From Myxococcota bacterium (lineage in GTDB: Bacteria; Myxococcota_A; SURF-8), in the NCBI GenBank assembly GCA_965140415.1, contig OZ223209.1:5440001-5504000 (forward strand): a stretch of DNA of 64,000 bases, given 5' to 3'. The position numbers were made by a program, and so were the translations under genes. Below the pieces are notes generated by a model. That model had not been told where the DNA came from, made no database searches, and saw nothing but the letters and a program-made list of their open reading frames with translations. Below are positions 46,391-59,848 of this stretch, piece by piece (positions within the stretch are counted from its first letter, which is position 1; each line of letters begins with the position of its first letter).

Positions 46391-49300
46391 CTACCCGGCG
46401 TCAGTCACCGGCGCATCATCGCCCCCTTCGGGAGTTTCAGATGCAGGTGCTTCCGATGTCGCCTCTTCGCCCTCGCTACCAGCTTCCGCCGAGTATTCAG
46501 GGCGATCTAACGCAATGTCAGTCTGCCGGTATTTGTTCAAACCCGTACCGGCAGGAATCAAGCGGCCCATGATCACGTTCTCTTTCAGGCCCTTGAGGTA
46601 GTCCACCTTGCCTGCAATTGCCGCTTCTGTCAAGACTTTTGTTGTTTCCTGGAACGAAGCAGCGGAAATAAAGCTGTCCGTCACCAAAGAAGCCTTGGTA
46701 ATACCAAGCAATAACGGCTCACCAACGGCTGGATTCCCGCCCTTGGCCTGGATGCGCCGATTCTCGCGCAGGAAGGTGAATTTATCCACCTGCTCATCGA
46801 GCAGGAAGTCGGTGTCGCCCACGTTCTTGATGCGAATCTTGCGCAGCATCTGGCGGACGATGACTTCAATGTGCTTATCGTTGATCTTGACGCCCTGTAA
46901 GCGATACACCTGCTGCACTTCGTTGACCAGGTATTTGGCCAGTTCCTTTTCACCCAAAACACGCAGAATATCGTGCGGGTTACTGGAACCGTCCATCAAG
47001 GCCTCACCAGCCATGACCATGTCGCCTTCGTGCACGGAGATGAACTTACCACGCGGAATCAGATATTCGCGAGCCTCACCGATCTCCGGTGTAACCACGA
47101 CTTTACGCTTACCCTTGGTGTCCTTGCCAAAACTCACGGTACCGTCGATTTCCGTAATGACAGCGTGATCTTTTGGCTTGCGAGCTTCAAACAATTCCGC
47201 GACACGCGGCAGACCACCGGTAATATCCTTGGTTTTGGTCGTTTCACGCGGAATCTTGGCCAACACATAACCCGGCTTGACCTCTTCGCCTTCCATGACA
47301 CCGATATTCGCGCCAACAGGCATCAGGTAACGAGCGGGCTGTTTGGACGGTTCGAGCTTGAGCGTACGACCGTTTTCGTCTTTGATCGAAATGCGCGGAC
47401 GCAGATTGGGATCGCGCGATTCGACCACGACTTTACGGGAAAGACCGGTCACTTCATCGACCTGCTCGCGAATGGTGATACCTTCCGCGATGTCGCCGAA
47501 TTTGACCTTACCAGCAAGTTCCGTGATGATCGGCATCGAGTAGGGATCCCACTCGGCGATGGTCTGACCCGGCTTGACGCGATCGCCTTCCTTAACCATC
47601 ATAGTGGCACCGTAAATCAGGCTGTAGCGTTCACGCTCACGCCCGGATTCGTCGACCACCACCACGGCTCCATTACGATTCATCACAACGATGATACCGT
47701 CATCGCGGCTGACATACTGCATGCCGTCGAAACGAATGACACCTTCGTAGCGGACATCAATGGAGCTTTGCTCGACGCGTCTGGAGGCCGTACCACCGAT
47801 ATGGAAGGTACGCATAGTCAGCTGCGTTCCCGGCTCACCGATGGACTGTGCCGCAATGATACCGACCGCCTCACCGATGTTGACACGCTGCCCGCGCGAC
47901 AGATCGCGCCCGTAACACAACGCACACACACCGTGCTCGGTCTGGCAAGTCAACACCGAACGGATGCGGACACGCTCGATACCGGCATCTTCGATGCGCC
48001 GTACGAGTTCTTCGTCGATTTCTTCACCGGCCTTGACCAGCACTTCCTCGGTATAGGGATCGCGAATATCGGAGAGAGCCGTACGACCCAGGATACGTTC
48101 ACCCAGAGTCTGGATGATTTCGCCACCTTCCGTCAACGCCTGAATTTCAATACCGTCGATGGTGCCGCAGTCCGTTTCACTGATGGTGCTGTCCTGCGAG
48201 ACATCGACCAGACGACGAGTCAGATAACCTGAGTTCGCGGTTTTCAGAGCCGTATCGGCCAGACCTTTACGAGCACCGTGAGTGGAGATGAAGTACTGTA
48301 GAACGTTCAAGCCTTCACGGAAGTTCGCGGTAATGGGCGATTCGATGATTTCACCGGAAGGCTTGGCCATCAAACCACGCATACCGGCCAGCTGACGGAT
48401 CTGCTGGGCGGAACCACGAGCACCGGAATCGGCCATGATGTAAATGGAGTTACGGCTGGGGATTTTGACCTTTTGTCCGTCCGGACCTTCGATCTCCTCT
48501 TCAGCCAGGTTCTTCATCATTTCGCCGGCGACATCGTCGGTGGCCTGCGTCCAGATATCGATAACCTTGTTGTAACGCTCACCGTCAGAGATGTAACCGT
48601 CGTCATACTGTTCCTGGATTTCCTGCACCTTGTTGTTGGCTTCGCCCAGGATGCGTTGCTTGGCCTCCGGAATGACCATATCTTCCAGGCCGATGGAAAT
48701 ACCGGCCTGTCCGGCCAGACGATAACCCAAACTGCGCAGCCGGTCGGCCAGCAGAACCGTGGTTTTTCCGCCGCTGAGACGGAAGCACAGATCGATCAGA
48801 TCACCAAGCGATTTCTTGTCCAATACACGGTTGATGTTTTCAAAAGGAATTACATCCGGCACGATGCGCGACAGCACGATACGTCCCGGAGTGGTGTCGA
48901 TCAATTCCCCGCCCTCTTCGAAACGCACCTTGATGCGGGCCTGCATATCGACAGCCTGACCATCGAGGGCACTGATGACTTCCGCCTTGTTGGAGAAGAT
49001 CATCCCCGTTCCCTTGGCGAAGGGCATCTCACGGGTGAGATAGTAAATACCTAAAACGATATCCTGCGAAGGCAGAATGATCGGCTTACCATGCGCGAGC
49101 GAGAGGATGTTGTTAGTAGACATCATCAACACGCGCGCTTCCAACTGCGCTTCGATGGACAGCGGAATGTGAACGGCCATCTGGTCACCGTCGAAGTCGG
49201 CGTTGAAGGCGGTACATACCAGCGGATGAAGCTGAATGGCCTTACCTTCGATCAACTTCGGTTCGAACGCCTGGATACCCAAACGGTGCAAAGTAGGCGC

Positions 49301-50578
49301 ACGGTTGAGCATAACAGGATGCTCGCGGATGACATCTTCCAGGATGTCCCACACTTCGTTCTTTTCTTTCTCCACCATTTTCTTGGCGCTCTTGATGGTA
49401 GAGACCATGCCCTTTTGGATCAGCCGGTTGTAAATGAACGGCTTGAACAGTTCGAGCGCGATTTTCTTGGGCAGACCGCACTGATGCAGTTTCAGTTCCG
49501 GACCGATGACGATAACGGAACGGCCCGAATAATCGACGCGCTTTCCAAGCAGATTCTGCCGGAAGCGTCCCTGCTTACCTTTGAGCATGTCGGACAGAGA
49601 TTTCAACGGACGCTTGTTGGGTCCGGTAATGATCTTGCCGCGCCGACCGTTGTCGAACAGGGCATCCACCGCTTCCTGCAACATGCGTTTTTCGTTGCGG
49701 ATGATGATTTCCGGCGCATTCAGTTCCTGCAAACGCTTTAAGCGGTTGTTACGGTTGATCACGCGTCGGTATAGATCGTTCAAATCGCTGGTGGCGAAAC
49801 GTCCGCCATCCAACGGAACCAACGGGCGCAGATCCGGCGGCAGCACCGGGATACGGGTCAGCATCATCCATTCGGGCTTGTTGCCGCTCTCTTTGAGCGC
49901 AGTAACAATCTTCAGCCGCTTGGCAACTTTCTTGCGCTTCGCCTCGGAAGTAGAGGTTTTCATTTCGGCGCGAAGCTGATCGGCCATCGCCACGACGTCC
50001 AACTCTTCCAACAGCGCCTTGATGGCTTCCGCGCCCATCCCGGCGTCGAAGCTGTAATCGCCGAAGGTTTCCAGGGCTTTGTAGAATTCATCCTCGGAAA
50101 GCACCTGCCCCTTGGTCAACCCGGTTTCGCGCGGGTTGATTACGATATAGGCTTCGCAATACAGCACGCGCTCCAGATCCTTCATCGTCAGATCCAGTAC
50201 GTTACCGATACGAGAAGGCAAGGACTTCAAGAACCAGATGTGCGCCACCGGTGTCGCCAGGTCGATATGTCCCAGCCGCTCGCGGCGAACCTTGGACTGA
50301 ATGACCTCGACGCCGCACTTATCGCAGACCACGCCGCGATGCTTCATGCGCTTGTATTTTCCGCACAGACATTCGTAGTCCTTGACCGGTCCGAAGATCT
50401 TGGCGCAGAAAAGACCGTCCCGCTCCGGTTTGAAGGTGCGGTAGTTGATCGTTTCCGGTTTCTTCACTTCGCCGTTGGACCACTCCAGAATTTTTTCTGG
50501 CGACGCCATCGAAATACGAATTGCGCCGAAATTGACTGGGTCTGTCGGTTTTTCGAAAAAGCTGAGTATATCTCTCAC
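46391..50578 (-). CDS. rpoC: RNA polymerase beta' subunit
   Basis: NADFDGD catalytic motif, [22 protein letters not shown]. Confidence 0.99.
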   Translation of the reverse strand: MRDILSFFEKPTDPVNFGAIRISMASPEKILEWSNGEVKKPETINYRTFKPERDGLFCAKIFGPVKDYECLCGKYKRMKHRGVVCDKCGVEVIQSKVRRERLGHIDLATPVAHIWFLKSLPSRIGNVLDLTMKDLERVLYCEAYIVINPRETGLTKGQVLSEDEFYKALETFGDYSFDAGMGAEAIKALLEELDVVAMADQLRAEMKTSTSEAKRKKVAKRLKIVTALKESGNKPEWMMLTRIPVLPPDLRPLVPLDGGRFATSDLNDLYRRVINRNNRLKRLQELNAPEIIIRNEKRMLQEAVDALFDNGRRGKIITGPNKRPLKSLSDMLKGKQGRFRQNLLGKRVDYSGRSVIVIGPELKLHQCGLPKKIALELFKPFIYNRLIQKGMVSTIKSAKKMVEKEKNEVWDILEDVIREHPVMLNRAPTLHRLGIQAFEPKLIEGKAIQLHPLVCTAFNADFDGDQMAVHIPLSIEAQLEARVLMMSTNNILSLAHGKPIILPSQDIVLGIYYLTREMPFAKGTGMIFSNKAEVISALDGQAVDMQARIKVRFEEGGELIDTTPGRIVLSRIVPDVIPFENINRVLDKKSLGDLIDLCFRLSGGKTTVLLADRLRSLGYRLAGQAGISIGLEDMVIPEAKQRILGEANNKVQEIQEQYDDGYISDGERYNKVIDIWTQATDDVAGEMMKNLAEEEIEGPDGQKVKIPSRNSIYIMADSGARGSAQQIRQLAGMRGLMAKPSGEIIESPITANFREGLNVLQYFISTHGARKGLADTALKTANSGYLTRRLVDVSQDSTISETDCGTIDGIEIQALTEGGEIIQTLGERILGRTALSDIRDPYTEEVLVKAGEEIDEELVRRIEDAGIERVRIRSVLTCQTEHGVCALCYGRDLSRGQRVNIGEAVGIIAAQSIGEPGTQLTMRTFHIGGTASRRVEQSSIDVRYEGVIRFDGMQYVSRDDGIIVVMNRNGAVVVVDESGRERERYSLIYGATMMVKEGDRVKPGQTIAEWDPYSMPIITELAGKVKFGDIAEGITIREQVDEVTGLSRKVVVESRDPNLRPRISIKDENGRTLKLEPSKQPARYLMPVGANIGVMEGEEVKPGYVLAKIPRETTKTKDITGGLPRVAELFEARKPKDHAVITEIDGTVSFGKDTKGKRKVVVTPEIGEAREYLIPRGKFISVHEGDMVMAGEALMDGSSNPHDILRVLGEKELAKYLVNEVQQVYRLQGVKINDKHIEVIVRQMLRKIRIKNVGDTDFLLDEQVDKFTFLRENRRIQAKGGNPAVGEPLLLGITKASLVTDSFISAASFQETTKVLTEAAIAGKVDYLKGLKENVIMGRLIPAGTGLNKYRQTDIALDRPEYSAEAGSEGEEATSEAPASETPEGGDDAPVTDAG

Positions 50579-50653
50579 AACTCTACTCCTTGGATCGAGT
50601 GGAAGTTGAGTTCTGGCATTTGCTTATGCCGCCAAGTACACCGGAACACCCGG

Positions 50654-53600
50654 TTACTTGTTGTCCTCCAACAACTCAATATTCAGGCTCAGACTTTGCA
50701 GTTCCTTAATCAAGACGTTAAAGGACTCGGGCAGGCCCGGATCGATGTCGTGCTCACCCTTGACGATCGCTTCGTACATTCGGGTGCGGCCCACCACATC
50801 ATCGGACTTGACCGTTAGAAATTCCTGCAACGAATGCGCAGCACCGTAGGCCTCCATGGCCCAGACTTCCATTTCACCGAGACGCTGTCCACCGAATTGC
50901 GCCTTACCGCCCAAAGGCTGCTGCGTAACCAGTGAATACGGTCCGATGGAACGGGCATGAATCTTGTCATCGACCAAGTGATGCAACTTGAGCATGTACA
51001 TCACGCCCACGGTGACATCCTGGAAGAAGGGATCGCCGCTGCGCCCATCGTACAGCAGGGTCTGGCCGGAGCTGTCGTAACCGCTCTCCACGAGCAATTC
51101 GTGAATTTCCTGCTCCGGTGCGCCGTCGAATACCGGCGTGGCGATATGCATTCCATTTTGCACACGGCGCACGAAATCGAGAACGACTTCGTCGCTGGCG
51201 TTTTCCAGTTCTTCGTTAAGCACAGGCGACTTATACAATCGTTTCAACTCGCTGCGAATCTTGTCCGCACCGTAGTTCTCATCGATGTAGCGATTGAGCA
51301 TTTCGCCCAAGCCTTTGGCCGCCAGACCCAGATGGGTTTCCAGAATCTGCCCCACGTTCATACGCGAGGGAACGCCCAACGGATTGAGCACGACGTCCAC
51401 CGGACGGCCATCAGGCATATAGGGCATATCTTCCATCGGAAGAATACGCGAAACAACACCCTTGTTTCCGTGGCGACCCGCCATTTTATCACCGACGCAC
51501 AGCTTGCGCTTCATGGCAACATAGACTTTCACCATCTTGATAATGCCGGGCGCCAGTTCGTCACCGCGCTTCAGGCGGTTGATCTTGTCGGTAAAGTATT
51601 CCTTGATCTTGGCGACTTCTTCAATGGTGTTCTGGATGATCTTCTCGATGCGCTGTTCCAGTTCCGGCTCGTTCTGAAGCTGGATCTGTCCCAGATATTT
51701 GCGGGCAATGCCTTCCACCATCGAGTCTTCGATCTTGACGCCCTTCTCCAGCAGCACTTTGCCGTTGTCCGCCACCAGGTTGGCCTTCGGCTTTTTGCCG
51801 ACCAGCAACTGACGGATCATGGAGTAGGACGCTTCCTGAATGATACGGACCTGATCGTTCTGATCTTTGAGTAAGCGGTTGCTTTCCTGCTCTTCGATTT
51901 CCAGCGAGCGGGCGTCTTTTTCCACACCCTTACGCGAGAAGACGCGAGCGTCGATCACGATACCACTAACACCCGGCGGAACCCGCAGCGACGTATCGCG
52001 CACGTCTCCGGCCTTTTCACCGAAGATCGCCCGCAGCAGTTTTTCTTCCGGAGAAAGCTGCGTTTCGCCCTTCGGTGTGATTTTGCCGACCAGAATATCG
52101 CCCGGCTTCACTTCCGCGCCTACGCGCACGATGCCGGATTCATCCAGATCTTTAAGTGCCTCATCGCCGACATTCGGAATGTCGCGCGTGATTTCTTCCT
52201 TACCCAGCTTGGTATCGCGGGCGACGGTTTCGAATTCCTCGATGTGAATCGAGGTGAACACGTCATCGACCAGCATACGCTCGGAAAGCAGAATCGAATC
52301 TTCGAAGTTGTACCCGCCCCAAGGCATGAAGGCCACGACCACGTTCTGGCCCAAGGCCAGTTCACCGGTTTCCGTGGCGGGACCGTCGGCCAGGATGTCG
52401 TCTTTCTTGACGACATCGCCTTTCTTGACGATCGGCAGCTGGTTGATACAAGTATTCTGGTTGGAACGCTGGTATTTGACCAGATTGTAAATATCGACCT
52501 GGGTGGTCGTATTATCAATGGTCGTGCCCTCGTCCATGTCAGCCTGAACCACGATGCGGGTCGCATCGACGGACTTGACCACGCCGGCGCGGCGAGCCAC
52601 GCAGCAAACACCCGAATCACGGGCCACGACATCCTCAATGCCGGTGCCCACCAGCGGCGACTTGGGAATCAACAGCGGCACCGCCTGGCGCTGCATGTTC
52701 GATCCCATCAGGGCGCGGTTGGCATCATCGTTTTCGAGGAAGGGAATCAGCGAGGCTGCTACCGAAACCAACTGGTTCGGCGAAACGTCCATCAGGCTGA
52801 CGTCCGTGGCGCGTTTGAGAACAACGTCCATTTCCTCGCGGCAACCGACGTATTCGTTGATGAACTCGCCCTTTTTGCTCAGTGGCGCATTAGCCTGAGC
52901 AATCACGTGCTCGGCTTCTTCCAGCGCACTGTAGAACTTTACTTCATTAATGACCTTGCCGTCTTTGGCGGTACGGTACGGCGTTTCGATAAAGCCGTAA
53001 TCGTTAACCCGCGCATAGGTAGACAAGGAAGCGATCAGACCGATGTTCGGACCTTCAGGCGTTTCAATCGGACAGATGCGGCCATAGTGAGTGGCGTGAA
53101 CGTCGCGCACTTCGAAACCGGCGCGCTCGCGTGTCAGACCACCCGGTCCCAGAGCCGACAGGCGCCGTTTATGGGTCACTTCAGACAGCGGATTGGTCTG
53201 ATCCATGAACTGGGAAAGCTGGCTGCTGCCGAAGAATTCCTTTACGACCGCCGAGACCGGCTTGCTGTTTACCAGATCGTGCGGCATCAAGGTGTCGATT
53301 TCCTGTAGCGTCATACGCTCTTTGATCGCACGTTCCATACGCACCAGACCGATGCGGTACTGGTTTTCCAGCAGCTCGCCCACCGCACGCACGCGGCGAT
53401 TGCCCAGATGGTCGATGTCGTCGATCATGCCGCGACCGTCACGCAGGTCGATCAGGTGGCGCACCGTCTCCATAATATCGGACGGCGTCAGCACCGCTTT
53501 ATCCAACGGCTCGTTGGCGCGGAACTTGTAATTCATCTTCAAGCGACCGACCTTGGAGAGATCGTAGCGCTCGGGATTGAAAAAGAGATTGTCGAACAAA

Positions 53601-54769
53601 CGCTGGGCGCTCTCTTCGGTCGGCGGATCGCCGGGGCGCATGCGCTTGTAAATTTCCATAATCGCTTCTTGCGGTGAAGAGATCTTGTCGATTTGCAGCG
53701 TTTTCTGAATATAATTGCCGACGTTGACATTATCGAAGAAGATGCAGGTAAATTCCTTGATCTTGCGAGCGCGGATTTCTTCCAGCTTCTCTTCGGTGAT
53801 TTCCTGGTTGACTTCCACCACCACTTCGCCGGTCTTGGCATCCATGATATCCACGGCAGCGACCATGCCCACGATTTCCTCATGGTTGATCGGCACGGCT
53901 TCCATCCCCGCCTGCTTCATACGGCGGACAGAGGCGCGCGTGAATTTCTTGCCCTTTTTGACCATCACTTCATTATTGGGACCGCGAACTTCGCGTTCGG
54001 TACGCTGGCCGATCAGCAATTCCAGTTGGAGCTTGCGCACGGCACGCTGCGGCTCGATTGTGATTTCTTGCTTATCATAGAAATACGCGAGCAGTTCTTC
54101 GGTGGAATATCCCAACGCGCGCAACAGCACCGTGGCCGGCAGTTTGCGGCGACGATCGATTCGCACGTACACGATATCTTTCGGATCGAATTCAAAATCC
54201 AGCCAACTTCCGCGGTAAGGTATGATGCGTGCGGAATAGAGCACCTTGCCGGAACTGTGAGTCTTGCCTTTATCGTGATCGTAGAATGCCCCCGGAGAAC
54301 GGTGCAACTGGGAGACGACAACGCGCTCGGTGCCGTTGACGATGAACGTGCCGTTGACGGTCATCAGCGGAATCTCACCGAAGTAAACTTCCTGTTCCTT
54401 CACGTTGCGAATGGAAAGCGCGCCGGACTCCTCGTCCTTATCCCAAACGACCAGGCGAATGAGCACCTTCATCGGAGCGGCAAAGGTCATGCCACGCTGC
54501 CGGCATTCGTCCACATCGTATTTGGGTTTTTCAAGCATGTAGCTTACGAATTCCAACGAAGATGTCTCGTTGAAATCCTTGATCGGGAAAATGCTGTTGA
54601 ACACAGCCTGCAATCCGACCGGACGCCGCTGATCAGGCGGCTTGGCCATCTGTAAAAAATCCTCGTATGATTTCTTTTGGATTTCGATCAGTTTGGGCAG
54701 ATCAATAATCCGTTTGATCGCCGAGAAATCCTTGCGTACGCGGAAATTCTTCTGGGAAATGGAGGCCAT
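50654..54769 (-). CDS. rpoB: RNA polymerase beta subunit
   Basis: [33 protein letters not shown]. Confidence 0.99.
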   Translation of the reverse strand: MASISQKNFRVRKDFSAIKRIIDLPKLIEIQKKSYEDFLQMAKPPDQRRPVGLQAVFNSIFPIKDFNETSSLEFVSYMLEKPKYDVDECRQRGMTFAAPMKVLIRLVVWDKDEESGALSIRNVKEQEVYFGEIPLMTVNGTFIVNGTERVVVSQLHRSPGAFYDHDKGKTHSSGKVLYSARIIPYRGSWLDFEFDPKDIVYVRIDRRRKLPATVLLRALGYSTEELLAYFYDKQEITIEPQRAVRKLQLELLIGQRTEREVRGPNNEVMVKKGKKFTRASVRRMKQAGMEAVPINHEEIVGMVAAVDIMDAKTGEVVVEVNQEITEEKLEEIRARKIKEFTCIFFDNVNVGNYIQKTLQIDKISSPQEAIMEIYKRMRPGDPPTEESAQRLFDNLFFNPERYDLSKVGRLKMNYKFRANEPLDKAVLTPSDIMETVRHLIDLRDGRGMIDDIDHLGNRRVRAVGELLENQYRIGLVRMERAIKERMTLQEIDTLMPHDLVNSKPVSAVVKEFFGSSQLSQFMDQTNPLSEVTHKRRLSALGPGGLTRERAGFEVRDVHATHYGRICPIETPEGPNIGLIASLSTYARVNDYGFIETPYRTAKDGKVINEVKFYSALEEAEHVIAQANAPLSKKGEFINEYVGCREEMDVVLKRATDVSLMDVSPNQLVSVAASLIPFLENDDANRALMGSNMQRQAVPLLIPKSPLVGTGIEDVVARDSGVCCVARRAGVVKSVDATRIVVQADMDEGTTIDNTTTQVDIYNLVKYQRSNQNTCINQLPIVKKGDVVKKDDILADGPATETGELALGQNVVVAFMPWGGYNFEDSILLSERMLVDDVFTSIHIEEFETVARDTKLGKEEITRDIPNVGDEALKDLDESGIVRVGAEVKPGDILVGKITPKGETQLSPEEKLLRAIFGEKAGDVRDTSLRVPPGVSGIVIDARVFSRKGVEKDARSLEIEEQESNRLLKDQNDQVRIIQEASYSMIRQLLVGKKPKANLVADNGKVLLEKGVKIEDSMVEGIARKYLGQIQLQNEPELEQRIEKIIQNTIEEVAKIKEYFTDKINRLKRGDELAPGIIKMVKVYVAMKRKLCVGDKMAGRHGNKGVVSRILPMEDMPYMPDGRPVDVVLNPLGVPSRMNVGQILETHLGLAAKGLGEMLNRYIDENYGADKIRSELKRLYKSPVLNEELENASDEVVLDFVRRVQNGMHIATPVFDGAPEQEIHELLVESGYDSSGQTLLYDGRSGDPFFQDVTVGVMYMLKLHHLVDDKIHARSIGPYSLVTQQPLGGKAQFGGQRLGEMEVWAMEAYGAAHSLQEFLTVKSDDVVGRTRMYEAIVKGEHDIDPGLPESFNVLIKELQSLSLNIELLEDNK

Positions 54770-54980
54770 ACTTTTTTTTCCCTTCGTTCGACGAAGACCG
54801 GCTGCTCACTTCTACTTGGCGCCGCATCGATCAGAGATAGTGAACAGATACCTATTTATATGCCGAATTCCTACAAATACAAATATCCGGAACTCACAGT
54901 TCCCCCTTGGCGTCTTTTAACGCCGGGGAAACTGCGAGGAACCGGAAAGGACCACACAGAAAACCGTAAGTCCTACTCAA

Positions 54981-55358
54981 CTATTTCAACTCGATAGTAG
55001 CACCAGCCTCTACGAGTTGCTTCTTGGCTTCTTCGGCGTCATCTTTGTTGATGCCTTCTTTGACGGTCGCGGGGATGCCTTCGACCAGGTCTTTGGCTTC
55101 CTTCAGGCCCAGACCGGTCAGCGCACGCACGACCTTGATGACCTGGATTTTCTTGTCGCCGAAGCTGGTCATCACGACATCAAAGTCCGTCTTTTCTTCT
55201 TCCGCGGCAGCGGCTTCGCCCGGAGCGGCGGCAGCGACTGCGACCGGAGCGGCAGCGGACACGCCCCATTCCTCTTCCAATTCCTTGATCAGACCGGCCA
55301 AGTCCACGACCGTCATGTTGCTCAAGAATTCTTTCACTTCCTCTTTGGTAACCGCCAT
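54981..55358 (-). CDS. rplL: 50S ribosomal protein L7/L12
   Basis: GVSAAAPVA hinge, [15 protein letters not shown]. Confidence 0.99.
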   Translation of the reverse strand: MAVTKEEVKEFLSNMTVVDLAGLIKELEEEWGVSAAAPVAVAAAAPGEAAAAEEEKTDFDVVMTSFGDKKIQVIKVVRALTGLGLKEAKDLVEGIPATVKEGINKDDAEEAKKQLVEAGATIELK

Positions 55359-55416
55359 GACACTATCCTTTCAGAATATGTAAATTTCAGTGTTTTCTTG
55401 TTTCCGCCGAATTGAA

Positions 55417-55941
55417 TCAGGCGGCATCTTCCAAACTGCGTTTTCGTGCGTCGAGCACGTTGACCATACCACCAGGTACGGCGTTAAGCAGCCGCACAAA
55501 ACCACCCGGTACCGCATTGAGCAGTCCCAGGAACTGCGCACGCAGTTCGTCGCGTCCCGGCATCTTCGACAGCGTAACCACACCATCCGGAGACAGCATC
55601 TGTCCGTCCAGCGCGCCCACGAGAACTTCCAATTTTTTGAATTCTTCCGTGGCTTTTACCAGAACTTTCGCCGGAGCGGTCTGATCTTCTTCGCTATAGG
55701 CAATCGCCACCGGGCCTTTCAGGTGATCGACCAGAAACTTCATGTTTCCATCGCCGAGCGCACGTCTGGCCAAGGTGTTCTTTACAACCTGAATGCCTAC
55801 GTTGGATGCCCTGCACTTGGCGCGCAGTTCATTCATCTGGTTCGACGTCAAGCCGGAGTAATCCGCAAGAATCACTACCGTTGCTTTGCCGAAAATTCCT
55901 TCCCAACGTTCAACGACTTCTTTTTTTTCGGGTAACCTCAT
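55417..55941 (-). CDS. rplJ: 50S ribosomal protein L10
   Basis: DYSGLT, VVKNTLARRA; operon position. Confidence 0.97.
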   Translation of the reverse strand: MRLPEKKEVVERWEGIFGKATVVILADYSGLTSNQMNELRAKCRASNVGIQVVKNTLARRALGDGNMKFLVDHLKGPVAIAYSEEDQTAPAKVLVKATEEFKKLEVLVGALDGQMLSPDGVVTLSKMPGRDELRAQFLGLLNAVPGGFVRLLNAVPGGMVNVLDARKRSLEDAA

Positions 55942-56022
55942 CGCATGAACCCCCTTTCACTGGATTTTTGAGGATTGCCGAAACCAGCAGCAACCCCGTC
56001 AAAGAAAGAGGGAAAGATCGGT

Positions 56023-56080
56023 TCCCTCGTCTGCGCAGGCCTTACGTTTACGGGCAAATGCCCACCCGCGGTCTTTGACC
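56023..56080 (-). promoter_or_regulatory. L10 leader (autoregulatory RNA)
   Basis: AAAGACCGCGGG...TAA...CCTGCGCAGACG upstream of rplJ, matching the known L10-leader pattern. Confidence 0.75.
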
Positions 56081-56126
56081 ATAAAGCGCGGCACCATTGC
56101 CGCGACCGACCTCAATAAAAAAACGT

Positions 56127-56831
56127 CTATCTCAAGTAATCGACGACGTTCGACACATCCACACGAACTCCCGGTCCCATTGTTGTCGAAACCGCCAGGC
56201 CCTTCAAATAGGTACCTTTTGTAGAGGACGGCTTCAACTTCATGATAACCGACATCAGTTCCAGGAAGTTTTCTTTCAGTTTGTCTTTTTCGAAGGACCG
56301 GCGACCGATAGGAGCATGAATAATGCCGGCTTTTTCAACGCGGAATTCGATTCGGCCTTTTTTCAATTCACCAACCGTGCGGGCGATTTCCTGAGTCACG
56401 GTGCCGACTTTGGGGTTCGGCATCAAACCGCGTGGTCCCAACAGGCGACCGATTTTACCCACAACGCCCATCATATCAGGGGCGGCCACGACTTTATCAA
56501 ACTCGAACCAGCCGCCTTTGATTTTTTCCACCAAATCATCGCCACCGACGAAATCGGCACCGGCTTCTTTGGCTTCCGTTTCTTTTTCACCTTTGCAGAA
56601 CGCCAACACGCGCACGGTTTTCCCCGTACCATGCGGCAGCAGAACCGCACCGCGAACCATCTGATCGGCATACTTCGGATTGACGCCCAATTTGATCGCC
56701 ACATCCACCGACTCATCGAACTTCGCAAATGTCAACTCGTCGATTTTCGCCAACGCTTCATCGAGCGAATATTTCGTTAGCGAATCAACGTTTTCTCGTA
56801 CGGCACGATATTTCTTGCCACGCTTAGCCAT
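56127..56831 (-). CDS. rplA: 50S ribosomal protein L1
   Basis: [32 protein letters not shown]. Confidence 0.99.
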   Translation of the reverse strand: MAKRGKKYRAVRENVDSLTKYSLDEALAKIDELTFAKFDESVDVAIKLGVNPKYADQMVRGAVLLPHGTGKTVRVLAFCKGEKETEAKEAGADFVGGDDLVEKIKGGWFEFDKVVAAPDMMGVVGKIGRLLGPRGLMPNPKVGTVTQEIARTVGELKKGRIEFRVEKAGIIHAPIGRRSFEKDKLKENFLELMSVIMKLKPSSTKGTYLKGLAVSTTMGPGVRVDVSNVVDYLR

Positions 56832-56844
56832 GTTGCACTCCTTC

Positions 56845-56879
56845 GCGGTTCAAGCGGTCAGTTTTTCATGACCTCCCGC
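56845..56879 (-). promoter_or_regulatory. Candidate L1-binding mRNA site upstream of rplA
   Basis: GCG-GGAG-GTCA-loop-TGAC-CGC-TTGAA-CCGC internal-loop hairpin abutting the rplA RBS. Confidence 0.6.
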
Positions 56880-56900
56880 ATACAGGTGTAAATAGTATGA

Positions 56901-57326
56901 TTATTCGACGACCGTGATGCCCATCGAGCGGGCGGTGCCCTCTACGATTTTCATAGCGGCGTCGATATCGAACGCATTCAGATCTTCCATTTTCAGTTCG
57001 GCGATCTCCTGAACCTGCGCACGCTTGACCTTGCCGACTTTGCGCTTGTTCGGTTCACCGGAACCCTTGGCCAACTTCGCGGCTTTCAACAGCAAACGCG
57101 ATGCCGGGGGGGTCTTGGTAATGAAAGAAAACGTACGATCACCGTACACGGTAATCTGCACGGGAATGATCATACCGGCCTGCTTCTGGGTGCGAGCATT
57201 GTATTGCTTGCAGAAATCCATGATGTTCACACCATGCTGACCAAGAGCCGGACCGACGGGCGGAGAAGGATTTGCTTTGCCCGCTTCGATTTGCAATTTA
57301 ATTTTGCCGATAACTTTCTTTGCCAT
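56901..57326 (-). CDS. rplK: 50S ribosomal protein L11
   Basis: [22 protein letters not shown]. Confidence 0.99.
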   Translation of the reverse strand: MAKKVIGKIKLQIEAGKANPSPPVGPALGQHGVNIMDFCKQYNARTQKQAGMIIPVQITVYGDRTFSFITKTPPASRLLLKAAKLAKGSGEPNKRKVGKVKRAQVQEIAELKMEDLNAFDIDAAMKIVEGTARSMGITVVE

Positions 57327-57338
57327 GGGAAACCTCGT

Positions 57339-57884
57339 CTATTCCTTCTCTACCTGAGAGAAATCCAACTCAATCGGCGTGGCGCGTCCAAAAATGGAAA
57401 CAGACACAACCACCCGGCCTTTTTCCGCTTTCACCTCTTCCACGGTACCGGTGAAATTGCTGAACGGTCCGTTCATTACACGCACCGACTCGCCCTCGTC
57501 GAACATGACCTTGGGCTTCGGTTTGGACACACCGTCTTCGATCTGCTTCTTCAAACGCATGATCTCCGCTTCCGGAACCGGAGGCGGATTGGTAGAATTA
57601 CCAACAAATCCCGTGATCTTAGGCGTATCCTTGATGCAATGCCACGTGGTTTCGGTCAGCATCATTTCGACCAGCATGTAGCTGGGGAAAAATTTTCTTA
57701 CAGCCGTGCGCTTCTGATTCTTGACCGTTTCAACCACCGTTTCGGTCGGAATCAAAATTTCGCCGAAGTACTCTTCCAATCCGGTATTGCGGATATTCTC
57801 TTCCAGCGAAGCTTTGGCTTTGTTCTCATACCCTGAATAAGTATGAACGAAGTACCATTTCATTTTAATCTCGGTGTCACTCAT
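57339..57884 (-). CDS. nusG: Transcription factor NusG
   Basis: WYFVHTYSGYE, KOW GPFSNFTG, IFGRATP. Confidence 0.99.
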   Translation of the reverse strand: MSDTEIKMKWYFVHTYSGYENKAKASLEENIRNTGLEEYFGEILIPTETVVETVKNQKRTAVRKFFPSYMLVEMMLTETTWHCIKDTPKITGFVGNSTNPPPVPEAEIMRLKKQIEDGVSKPKPKVMFDEGESVRVMNGPFSNFTGTVEEVKAEKGRVVVSVSIFGRATPIELDFSQVEKE

Positions 57885-57929
57885 ACACCGTTACCTCCGC
57901 GCGAAGCTCGCGCTTCTATTCGAAGCCAG

Positions 57930-58313
57930 CTAGGAATAGATGAAGTTGGTAAACGTCGAAAAGATGTAATCGAAGAGACCGAGAATGAACGCAACGATGA
58001 GCACCAGAACGATTACCACAAGGGTTGCTGCTCGGGTATCCACAAGATTCGGCCACGTAACTTTCCGAATTTCCTTGATAACTTCAAGACCGAACTCACT
58101 GGCGCGCTGGTGTTTCATCAACACGATAAAAGCGATCAGGCCTGTAACAAGCCCCACCAAATCGGCCAAGGGAATATAGTTCGCCAGCGGATCCGCCAGG
58201 TCCATGATCCCCATTACGCTTTCAACGATCTTGGCCATCAGGTATACCCCGATGAGCGCCAGAGCGCCAAAGCTCAACATGATCCACCGCTGGTTAGAGG
58301 ACATTCGGAGCAC
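57930..58313 (-). CDS. secE: Preprotein translocase SecE (3-TM form)
   Basis: EIRKVTWP motif plus TM helices; lies between tRNA-Trp and nusG; start may be 58304. Confidence 0.93.
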   Translation of the reverse strand: MLRMSSNQRWIMLSFGALALIGVYLMAKIVESVMGIMDLADPLANYIPLADLVGLVTGLIAFIVLMKHQRASEFGLEVIKEIRKVTWPNLVDTRAATLVVIVLVLIVAFILGLFDYIFSTFTNFIYS

Positions 58314-58337
58314 CTCGCCTATTGAACATCAAAAAAG

Positions 58338-58414
58338 TGGCAGGCCAGGAGGGACTCGAACCCCCAGCATCCGGATTTGGAGTCCGGCGCTCTACCAATT
58401 AGAGCTACTGGCCT
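58338..58414 (-). tRNA. tRNA-Trp(CCA)
   Basis: AGGCCAG stem, CT-CCA-AA loop, GTTCGAG, encoded CCA. Confidence 0.97.
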
Positions 58415-58431
58415 TCTCTTAATAAAACCTG

Positions 58432-58590
58432 TTACTTCTTCTCAGTGAACTTCTTGTGCTTCCGACATTCCGGACAGTACTTGTTGAAAGACAGTTTCTG
58501 AGGTGTCGTTTTCTTGTTCTTCTTGGTGTGATAACGATAAGAGCAGTCTTCACACTGAAGAATCACATTGCTTTTACTATTCGCGGCCAT
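58432..58590 (-). CDS. rpmG: 50S ribosomal protein L33 (Zn form)
   Basis: LQCEDC...Y.T.KNK...KYCPECRKH; RBS GGAGG before ATG 58590. Confidence 0.96.
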   Translation of the reverse strand: MAANSKSNVILQCEDCSYRYHTKKNKKTTPQKLSFNKYCPECRKHKKFTEKK

Positions 58591-58657
58591 TACATGCCTC
58601 CGGTAATTCGAACGCCGGTCCCGCACATGGAACCGGCGAAACGAACCCTACTCGTTG

Positions 58658-59848
58658 CTACTCAATAACTTCGGCGACGACGCCAGCGCCAACGGTACGA
58701 CCGCCTTCGCGGATCGCAAAGCGCAGCTCTTTTTCCATCGCCACAGGCGTAATCAGTTCCACTTCCATCGAAATATTGTCACCAGGCATCACCATCTCGA
58801 CGCCTTCAGGCAACGTCACCGCTCCAGTCACATCCGTCGTACGGAAATAGAACTGAGGACGATAACCCTTGAAGAACGGAGTATGACGTCCGCCTTCTTC
58901 CTTATTCAGAACGTACACTTCCGCTTTGAATTTCGTATGCGGTTTGATCGAACCCGGCGCCGCCAGAACCTGGCCACGCTCGATTTCGTCTTTCTTCACA
59001 CCACGCAGCAAGCAGCCAACGTTGTCGCCCGCACGACCTTCATCCAGAATCTTGCGGAACATTTCAACGCCCGTAACAACCGTCTTGCGGGTTTCTTTGA
59101 AGCCCACAATCTCGATCTCGTTGCCCGTATTCACGATGCCGCGTTCCACACGACCCGTCGCAACCGTTCCACGACCGGAAATCGAGAACACATCCTCGAC
59201 CGGCATCAGGAAGGGCTTGTCCGTTACGCGCTCGGGCTGCGGAATGTAGCTGTCCACTTCTTCCATCAGCTTCAACACCGACTGCTCGCCCTGCTCGTCT
59301 TCGTCGCCGTTCAAGGCTTTCAGCGCGCTACCAGGAATGATCGGAATGTCGTCGCCCGGGAATTCGTAGCTGCTCAGCAGCTCACGCAGTTCCAGCTCGA
59401 CCAGTTCCAGCAGTTCCGGATCGTCCAGCATATCCACCTTATTTAAGAACACCACCATCGCGGGCACGCCAACCTGACGAGCCAGCAGCACGTGCTCGCG
59501 AGTCTGCGGCATCGGGCCGTCATTGGCCGCCACGACCAGGATCGCGCCGTCCATCTGCGCCGCACCCGTGATCATGTTCTTGATATAGTCAGCATGGCCC
59601 GGGCAGTCCACGTGCGCGTAGTGACGATTCGCGGTTTCGTATTCGATATGCGCCGTCGCGATCGTGATGCCACGTTCTTTTTCTTCCGGGGCCTTGTCGA
59701 TCTCGTCAAACGCCGTGAATTCCGCTCCGCCGGCCTTGGCCAAAACCTTGGTGATCGCCGCGGTCAGCGTCGTTTTACCATGATCGATGTGACCGATCGT
59801 CCCAACATTGCAGTGGGGCTTGTTACGCTCAAACTTTGCTTTTGCCAT
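58658..59848 (-). CDS. tuf: Elongation factor Tu (tRNA-operon copy)
   Basis: Protein identical to 41682-42872; start MAKAKF at 59848. Confidence 0.99.
   Translation of the reverse strand: MAKAKFERNKPHCNVGTIGHIDHGKTTLTAAITKVLAKAGGAEFTAFDEIDKAPEEKERGITIATAHIEYETANRHYAHVDCPGHADYIKNMITGAAQMDGAILVVAANDGPMPQTREHVLLARQVGVPAMVVFLNKVDMLDDPELLELVELELRELLSSYEFPGDDIPIIPGSALKALNGDEDEQGEQSVLKLMEEVDSYIPQPERVTDKPFLMPVEDVFSISGRGTVATGRVERGIVNTGNEIEIVGFKETRKTVVTGVEMFRKILDEGRAGDNVGCLLRGVKKDEIERGQVLAAPGSIKPHTKFKAEVYVLNKEEGGRHTPFFKGYRPQFYFRTTDVTGAVTLPEGVEMVMPGDNISMEVELITPVAMEKELRFAIREGGRTVGAGVVAEVIE

Noticed and set aside
54901-54930. Hairpin between rplL and rpoB as a terminator
   Set aside because: No U-tract on the transcribed strand; at most an attenuator or processing site
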